From an uncultured Acidimicrobiales bacterium (GTDB lineage Bacteria; Actinomycetota; Acidimicrobiia; Acidimicrobiales; SZUA-35): a stretch of DNA of 64,000 nucleotides. Under the pieces are notes generated by a model, which did not search any database, was not told the DNA's origin, and saw only the letters and a list, made by a program, of their open reading frames with translations. The stretch is taken from the NCBI GenBank assembly GCA_937958015.1, contig CALGOA010000050.1, positions 221 to 64,220 of the forward strand, written 5' to 3'. A program made the translations under genes and the position numbers. Positions 58,057 to 64,000 of this stretch are shown piece after piece (within the stretch, counting starts at the first letter, position 1; every line of letters begins with the position of its first letter).

Positions 58057-58373
58057 GCTTCGATCAGGAATGGCTCGACCAGGCCATCGAAGCCACCGCG
58101 GCCAGAGTTGAGACGGGGTTGGCTGGCACGGCGGCAATCCTGATCGGCAAGACCGTGCAGATTTCCTTTGGAATCGCGGACGGCCGCATCGTTGCTCTCG
58201 GCGATGGCGAACCCGCCTGCGAACTGCCGTTCACGAAGGTGCAGATGGAGTCCTACCTCGCCGGTGAGATGAAGTTGGCTGTGGCGTATATGCGGGGCGA
58301 CTTCAAACCGACCGGTTCCACCGGTTCGATCCTCGCCGCTATCGACGCGCTCGATGCTCTAGCACAGAGCTGA
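58053..58373 (+). CDS. SCP2 sterol/lipid-binding domain protein
   Basis: GE.....AYMRG..K.TG motif; TTGA overlap with mca. Confidence 0.7.
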   Translation: MSFDQEWLDQAIEATAARVETGLAGTAAILIGKTVQISFGIADGRIVALGDGEPACELPFTKVQMESYLAGEMKLAVAYMRGDFKPTGSTGSILAAIDALDALAQS

Positions 58374-58379
58374 GGTCGG

Positions 58380-59231
58380 TTACCCGGCCCGTTGGGCTGT
58401 GGAAAGTTCACTCCAGCTGATCAGACGGGCGTTGGAGCGGTGCAAGAGTGCCCGGAAACCCCAGTCGTGCGAGACGAGGTGGGCATCACCAACCCGGGCG
58501 GCCCAGTGTGGCGTGAGCGCCCGAAGCTCGGGCGAGTCAGCCGCGGGCCGAGCCACGATCTCGGTCACACCCGGCTGTAGGTCGCGGAGCGCGTCAGCTG
58601 CGGCTTCGCGGACGTCACGTCCGGTGGGGGCCTGAATCACCCGATCGGGGGTGAGGACCCCTTCGTCGGCCGCCAGTTCCCGGGCGGGGAAGCCCAGGTC
58701 GACCGATGGGTCTGGCAACCGGATCGGCAGGTTGTGACCCAGGGCGACATCGAGGAAGGCATCGAAGAACTCGGGTCGATACGCGAGCGCATCGAGATGG
58801 GAGGTAAGGAACCGAGGGGTAAGGCCCCATTGGATCGCCCGTCCGATCTGCGCCCGACATTCCTTGAGGACCTCCGGCGTGTCGGCATGTTCCAGCAGAT
58901 CCTCGACCGTGGAAGGCAACGCACCGGCCCCGTCGTTCAGCGACGGCCCGTGGGTGAGCGAACCCCACCGATAGGACTGGGGTGCACAATTCAACGTGAG
59001 TTCGATTCCCACGGTGGTGCCGAGCGTGGCGATCGCCGCTGCCCCTCCGGCTGCCCAAGGGCAGGGAACCTGTAGCGCGGTCGACATTGCCAGGGGTTGG
59101 CGACCGGATTGTGCGACCAGCGCGTTGGTGATTGCATCGTTGCCGGCGTTCGATGCGCCCAATCCGTCGACGGTCACCAGGACGAGGCGCTCGTCGGGGC
59201 CATAACCAAGTCGATGCGAGAGAGCGGTCAC
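58380..59231 (-). CDS. ChbG/HpnK (YdjC) family deacetylase-like protein
   Basis: LG.....R......D..G, VPCPW, E.RAQ..RA...G..P..L.SH, L.PGVTE. Confidence 0.8.
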   Translation of the reverse strand: MTALSHRLGYGPDERLVLVTVDGLGASNAGNDAITNALVAQSGRQPLAMSTALQVPCPWAAGGAAAIATLGTTVGIELTLNCAPQSYRWGSLTHGPSLNDGAGALPSTVEDLLEHADTPEVLKECRAQIGRAIQWGLTPRFLTSHLDALAYRPEFFDAFLDVALGHNLPIRLPDPSVDLGFPARELAADEGVLTPDRVIQAPTGRDVREAAADALRDLQPGVTEIVARPAADSPELRALTPHWAARVGDAHLVSHDWGFRALLHRSNARLISWSELSTAQRAG

Positions 59232-59255
59232 GAGTGGAATCTACCCAGCCAGACC

Positions 59256-59795
59256 TCAGCTGATGGGCTGGTCGGGGCCATCGCAGTTCGCCCACAGTCC
59301 GACCGGGGCCGCCCGGGCCTCGTTTCGCAGGTCGATGAACTGACTCTGGAATGTGGTGTTCGGTTCGAAGAAGAGGGTGTCGGCGAAGCCGTTGGCGACC
59401 ATCCACTCGTTTACGAAGAGATCATCGTCGGTTCGGTAGACATAGAGAAGAAGCCGACCGAATCGGTCCCGCGACTCTTGGTCACGGACCAACCGGACAC
59501 TGGATCCAACCGGCAACAGGCCTTTGAGAGCGGTGCTGGCTTCGACGCCGAAACACTGAACTGGCGTGTCTCGGCTGACCGACTCGGGCGTGTCTATGCC
59601 GATGAGCCGCACCCGTTCCTGCTGCCCATCGATGATCAGGTCGATCGTGTCGCCGTCGATCACCCACTCGACCTCTCCTACCTCGGGTGATGCGGCGATG
59701 GCACCCGAGTTGTTCTCTGCGCCCCGGACCCACAGAACGATCGCTACTGCAGCTGCAGCGAACGCAAGGAGAGTGGCGAGACGCAGCGACTTCAC
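59256..59795 (-). CDS. Thermonuclease (SNase) family protein, N-terminally anchored
   Basis: VIDGDT, RLIGIDTPE, DRFGR, VN..MV..G.A, GLW; N-terminal TM. Confidence 0.92.
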   Translation of the reverse strand: MKSLRLATLLAFAAAAVAIVLWVRGAENNSGAIAASPEVGEVEWVIDGDTIDLIIDGQQERVRLIGIDTPESVSRDTPVQCFGVEASTALKGLLPVGSSVRLVRDQESRDRFGRLLLYVYRTDDDLFVNEWMVANGFADTLFFEPNTTFQSQFIDLRNEARAAPVGLWANCDGPDQPIS

Positions 59796-60025
59796 GCTGC
59801 CAGTTTGGCGCGGTGTGGGGGAGTGGCGGCCGAAGGGGCGGACTCTTGGCCGGTGCCGGTGCTGAAACTGAGTTCCAGAGTCATCTGTGCCGGTTCGGTC
59901 TGATGGGCCGAAAGGATGGCCCGGGCCCGGGCGAGGCCCGCCTTGCCAATACGACGGGTTTCATCGGACAGTTCCCATGGGTAGAGGGTGCGGGTGGGGG
60001 CGAGGCGGAGGTGTGTTTGCTGCAT
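59792..60025 (-). CDS. Small hypothetical protein
   Basis: 77 aa with W.L...TR.IG..G...AR..L; GTGA overlap with the thermonuclease; promoter motif 6 nt upstream. Confidence 0.65.
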   Translation of the reverse strand: MQQTHLRLAPTRTLYPWELSDETRRIGKAGLARARAILSAHQTEPAQMTLELSFSTGTGQESAPSAATPPHRAKLAA

Positions 60026-60031
60026 GTATCC

Positions 60032-60053
60032 ATCATGCAGGAGGGGTGTGACA
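60032..60053 (-). promoter_or_regulatory. PafBC/RecA-NDp-like promoter motif
   Basis: Minus strand reads TGTCAC-ACCCCTCCTG-CATGAT-N6-ATG, resembling TGTCGG-N10-TANNNT. Confidence 0.6.
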
Positions 60054-60146
60054 GAGTTAGTTTCACCTGTTCACAGCCCTTTTCGGCCAAAACTGGAACA
60101 CCCGCCCGGCCGAAGCCGGGCGGGCATCTCTTGGGAGGAGAACCAG

Positions 60147-61622
60147 CTAATTATTCTGAATGATGCCGGGTAACCAGAGCGCCAGCTGTGGAATCAACAC
60201 CACAAGGAGGAGGCCAACGACCTGCAGTCCCATGAACTGGAACATGCCGGCGTAGATGTCCTTGAGGTCCCAGTGCGGTGCCACTCCTTTGAGGAAGTAG
60301 GCCGATAGGGCCACCGGCGGCGATAGCCAGGCTGTCTGCAGCGTGACGGCCACCAGAATGCCGAACCAGAGCTTGTTGAAGCCGTAGGCATCGACGACCG
60401 GCAAGAGGATCGGCACGAAGATCAGAACGATCGGCACCCACTCGAGCGGCCAGGCCAACACGAAGATCAACGCCAGGATGAGGAACAGCATGATCGACCA
60501 GTGGAAGTCGAGGTCGACCAACGCCTCCGCCATGTACGACGCACTTCCTGCGGTGGAGAACACCGCACCAAAGAAGTTCGACGCAACGACGAGGATCATG
60601 ATCATCGAGGTTGTTGACAGGGTGGCCCGGAGGCTTCCGGTCATCATCTTCAAATTGAGATTGCCCGTGACGAGCGCCAGCAGGAATGCGCCGAGCGCAC
60701 CCATCGCTGAACCCTCGGTGGCGGTAGCAACACCGGCCAGAATCGAACCGAGCGTGGCCGCAATGAGGACCACGGGAGGGATGATTCCGATCACGATCTC
60801 TTTGATGACAGCCGCCCCCTGCAGCGTGCGCTCCGATTCCGCCAGCGGCGGACCCAGTTCAGGATTCTTGTACGACCTGATCATTGCGTATGCGATGTAC
60901 AGGCCGGACAGGATGAGTCCCGGGAAGATCGCAGCAGCAAAGAGGTCGAGGACGCTCTCACCCAGCTGGGGACCCATCACGACCAGCATGATGCTGGGCG
61001 GGATCAAGATTCCCAGAGTGCCGCCGGCGGTGATCGCCCCAGCGGACAGGCGAGTGTCGTAGCCACTCTTGGTCATCGATGGGATCGCCATCAAACCGAT
61101 CAGCGTCACCGAAGCACCAACGATGCCGGTTGCGGCAGCGAAGATGGTGGCGGCCGAGATAACGGCGAGATACAGCGAACCCCGGAGGTTCGCCATCGAT
61201 AACTGGAGCGCTCGGAAGAGTCGGTCCATGAGGCCTGCCTGTTCGAGCAGGTACCCCATGAAGACGAACAATGGGATCGCCGCCAGCGTCACCTCGTCCA
61301 TCGTGCCGAACGACTGCAGGGTGAACAGGTTGAACACCGTGTCGCCGAGGGCCCAGTAGCCGAACGCAAAACTGACCACCATCAGGGTCTGGGCTATGGG
61401 AAAGCCCAGCACGATGGCGCCGAAGAGGGTGAAGAGCATCAGCAGGCCGATGAACTCGCCGTCGACGTCGGGTAGCGGATTCGGAACGAACCGAAACACG
61501 ACGAGAACAACTGCCACTATCACAGCCAAGCTGCCGAGGATCACCGGCATCTCAGGAGCGGGGCGTCCAGATCCATTGGATCCGGAGGCGGTTGAGGCGT
61601 AGGACTTTTCGCTAGTCACCAC
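60147..61622 (-). CDS. dctM: TRAP transporter large permease
   Basis: LAAIPLF.FMG, GTLGILIPPS, ATEG, SPPV. Confidence 0.92.
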   Translation of the reverse strand: MVTSEKSYASTASGSNGSGRPAPEMPVILGSLAVIVAVVLVVFRFVPNPLPDVDGEFIGLLMLFTLFGAIVLGFPIAQTLMVVSFAFGYWALGDTVFNLFTLQSFGTMDEVTLAAIPLFVFMGYLLEQAGLMDRLFRALQLSMANLRGSLYLAVISAATIFAAATGIVGASVTLIGLMAIPSMTKSGYDTRLSAGAITAGGTLGILIPPSIMLVVMGPQLGESVLDLFAAAIFPGLILSGLYIAYAMIRSYKNPELGPPLAESERTLQGAAVIKEIVIGIIPPVVLIAATLGSILAGVATATEGSAMGALGAFLLALVTGNLNLKMMTGSLRATLSTTSMIMILVVASNFFGAVFSTAGSASYMAEALVDLDFHWSIMLFLILALIFVLAWPLEWVPIVLIFVPILLPVVDAYGFNKLWFGILVAVTLQTAWLSPPVALSAYFLKGVAPHWDLKDIYAGMFQFMGLQVVGLLLVVLIPQLALWLPGIIQNN

Positions 61623-62220
61623 GGGCGGGCCTCCAGGTCTCTTCGAAGTAGGCCCGAACCGACTTCACGTATTCGGAAACCGACTGCAGCGTCCAGAGGG
61701 CAAGACCCAATGGCAGCATCGCTTTGAGAGGCCAGATTGGACCTCGCCACGGGCTCTGAATCACACGTTCACGCTGTTCGAATGATCTCCAAGCAAACTC
61801 GGTACTGACTTTGATGGCGATCAGCATGACGGGAATGAAGAACACCGCATAGGTGATCAGGTCCACCAGCGACTGGCGCTTGACGCCCCAGTTTCGGTAG
61901 ACGAAGTCGGTCCGAATGTGACCGCTGTTCTTCAAGGTGTAGGCGGCGCCAAGGAGGAAATGGGTGGCGTAGATCATGTACGCAACATCCGAGGCCCACC
62001 GTGTGGACTGATCGAAGAGGGAGCGACGAATCGCCTCAAAGGCCAGAACTGCCATGAGTGGCAGGACGAGCCATGCGACGACTCGTCCTGTCCACTCACT
62101 GAGCAGAGCTATCCAGCCAATATTGCCCCCGTCGGTGTTCCACGGTTCGGCAATGCCTTCTGCTTCCTCATCGACCTCGACGCCGTATCTAGCGGCTACT
62201 TCGTGGTCGGTGTTGGTCAC
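61612..62220 (-). CDS. dctQ: TRAP transporter small permease
   Basis: 4 TMs, LGAAYTL....HIR.D, WP.K. Confidence 0.9.
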   Translation of the reverse strand: MTNTDHEVAARYGVEVDEEAEGIAEPWNTDGGNIGWIALLSEWTGRVVAWLVLPLMAVLAFEAIRRSLFDQSTRWASDVAYMIYATHFLLGAAYTLKNSGHIRTDFVYRNWGVKRQSLVDLITYAVFFIPVMLIAIKVSTEFAWRSFEQRERVIQSPWRGPIWPLKAMLPLGLALWTLQSVSEYVKSVRAYFEETWRPARGD

Positions 62221-63470
62221 GGAGTCTGGCCGACCTTTTCGGGGAAGTAGGTCTCACCGATGTTCTGGTAGAGCTCGGTGATGGTGAGGCGATACGGCAT
62301 CACCTTGTCGGCGTAGGCCTGCTGGGAGTCACGGACCTCCTTGAAGAAGGCGTCGCCGGCTTCAAGTTCGGCGGCAACATCGTTCCAGGCGTTGATGAAT
62401 TCGGAATAGAACTCGGGCGGCGTGGTGTAGATGTTGATGCCGTCGGCCTGGTAGTCGGCGACCGCCTGGGCGTTGACCGTGATCGACAGGTTCTGGCTGT
62501 CAACGATCGTGGCCTGAGTGGCGACGAGGATCATCTCCTGGAGGTCGGCGGGCAGTTCGTTCCACCAGTCCAGATCGAGCAGGAGTTCACCGATATCGGT
62601 GGACTGGTGCAGGCCCTGGAGGTAGTAGTTGCTCCACACGTCGCTCAGGCCGAGTGCCTGGTCATCGGCCGGACTGATCCATTCGGCGCCTTCGATGATG
62701 CCGCTCTGGGCCGACGGGACGATGTCGCCGCCGGGCATGGCGATCGCTTCAAGGCCGAGTCGGTTGAACGTGAGTCCGGGCAGGCCGGGAGGTGAACGGA
62801 ACTTGAGGCCCTGGACGTCGGCGACCGTACGGATCGGCTCGTTGAACCAACCGAAGGGGTCCGGACCCATCGGCATCATGGGCAGGGGCTTCACGTTCAC
62901 GCCGATTTCTTCGGTGTACAGACGTTCGTACAGCTCGAGGCCACCGCCGTCGTACATCCACGCAAGGCTGGTCGACTGGTCCATGCCGGTGGAGCCCACG
63001 GGCGGGTTGGAGAACAGCGCGGCCGAGTCGCTCTTGCCGGTCCAGTAGTTGGACCAGGCCATACCAACCGGCACAACACCGGCATCGACGGCGTCGAGGA
63101 TTTCGAGGGCGCCGACGACACCGCCGGAGGGTACGACCTCGGGCTGGAGGCGCCCGCCCGACATCAGCTCAAGGCGCTCGCCCCACTTGATGACAAGGCC
63201 GTGGTACACCGATGAGGCCGGAACACCGGTCTGAACGGTGAATTCGATGACTTCGCCACCGTCCTGAACCAGGTCGACCGGTTCGTCGCCGTCATCACCG
63301 TCGTCGGAGGAGTCGTCCCCACCGTCGTCGGAGGAGTCGTCGTTGTTCTGGTTGGCGTCGGCGTTGTCATCGACAGCGCCGCCGGTGCATGCAGCTGCTC
63401 CCAATGCGAGCGCAAGCAGCACTGCGAGAAGCCGGAGCAGTCTGCTCCTGGCGGAAAGTGGACGATTCAT
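62217..63470 (-). CDS. dctP: TRAP transporter substrate-binding lipoprotein
   Basis: Lipobox AAAC, Asp-rich linker, SGGRL, YW.GK, GWF...I....D..GLKFR, AEW..P.DD. Confidence 0.9.
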   Translation of the reverse strand: MNRPLSARSRLLRLLAVLLALALGAAACTGGAVDDNADANQNNDDSSDDGGDDSSDDGDDGDEPVDLVQDGGEVIEFTVQTGVPASSVYHGLVIKWGERLELMSGGRLQPEVVPSGGVVGALEILDAVDAGVVPVGMAWSNYWTGKSDSAALFSNPPVGSTGMDQSTSLAWMYDGGGLELYERLYTEEIGVNVKPLPMMPMGPDPFGWFNEPIRTVADVQGLKFRSPPGLPGLTFNRLGLEAIAMPGGDIVPSAQSGIIEGAEWISPADDQALGLSDVWSNYYLQGLHQSTDIGELLLDLDWWNELPADLQEMILVATQATIVDSQNLSITVNAQAVADYQADGINIYTTPPEFYSEFINAWNDVAAELEAGDAFFKEVRDSQQAYADKVMPYRLTITELYQNIGETYFPEKVGQTP

Positions 63471-63523
63471 GGTGGGTTCCCCTTAGTGATGATGTTCGTA
63501 AACCCACCCTGATGCCAGAATGG

Positions 63524-63600
63524 GTTTCCACCATATGGAAACTTCACCAAGGGTGTCAGCGATGATTGAACCGAGCCCTTTGTTGTTCCACATAGTGGAA
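63524..63600. promoter_or_regulatory. Two IclR-type palindromic operators
   Basis: gtttcca-ccata-tggaaac (63524-63542) and ttccac-ata-gtggaa (63586-63600), between the divergent dctP and iclR genes. Confidence 0.72.
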
Positions 63601-63698
63601 TGTGTATACCAATCGGTTGTAAACTCGCATATGTGGTTTGCTCTGTCAATCGAATCAGTGACACCTGACACGAAATTTCAACTTCCACTGGAGAACCC

Positions 63699-64000
63699 AT
63701 GGCGGTAGCCAATTCGAGCCCCGACGCCCCGAAAGGGACCCAGGCCATCACGAGGGCGCTCGACGTCCTCGAGTGCTTCATCGATCGGAACGATCTGGGA
63801 ATTACCGACCTCGCCCGAGAGTCGGGTTTGAGCGCGAGCACCGTGCATCGAATCGTGCGGGCGCTGCTGGCCAGGGGATATCTGGAGCAGGACTCGGCAA
63901 ATGAGCGGTACCACCTCGGCCGCAGCGCCGTGGTCCTGGGCCAGGCGGGGCGACGCAAGCTCGGCGTCGACCATGCGTTGCCGATTCTGCGCCGCTTCAG
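63699..64000 (+). CDS. IclR family transcriptional regulator (3'-truncated)
   Basis: Not in the ORF track. ATG 63699 with RBS ggag; GTQAITRALDVL...GITDLARESGLSASTVHRIV..L...GYL.QD....RY.LG. Confidence 0.9.
   Translation, partial: MAVANSSPDAPKGTQAITRALDVLECFIDRNDLGITDLARESGLSASTVHRIVRALLARGYLEQDSANERYHLGRSAVVLGQAGRRKLGVDHALPILRRF

Overview
GC-rich bacterial chromosomal segment, most likely Actinomycetota of the Acidimicrobiia type (inference from mca, cofC, actinobacterial SOS boxes, imuA'/imuB/dnaE2 and pervasive leaderless promoters). About 60 genes. From the left: a 5'-truncated giant beta-helix/Ig surface protein, nucleoside salvage genes (purK-upp-cdd-deoA, add), gpsA-cofC, rnhB, two paralogous lipoproteins, a BBOX-like dioxygenase and a plant-glucuronokinase-like kinase. 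Then an ABC exporter with an atypical response regulator, and a split SOS mutasome (imuA'-imuB at 32.9-35.4 kb, dnaE2 at 45.9-49.7 kb, each with its own LexA box), with larE-larB-larC (no larA in the window) and folE between the halves. The right end holds an MgtE/PhoU-TrkA pair, NfeD-SPFH, mca, a thermonuclease, a TRAP transporter and a 3'-truncated IclR regulator. No rRNA, tRNA, CRISPR array or transposase was seen. Most notable: (i) short repeat elements translated in frame inside ImuB and DnaE2, plus a MIRU-like mini-ORF bridging two genes; (ii) a PafBC/RecA-NDp-like promoter in front of an unknown small protein coupled to a thermonuclease; (iii) nickel-pincer cofactor genes with no visible client enzyme; (iv) a giant adhesin with an apparently cytoplasmic SH3b-like tail. 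All family calls are by eye from motifs; no database searches were run. Many starts were moved downstream of the ORF-track starts using -10, RBS or overlap evidence.
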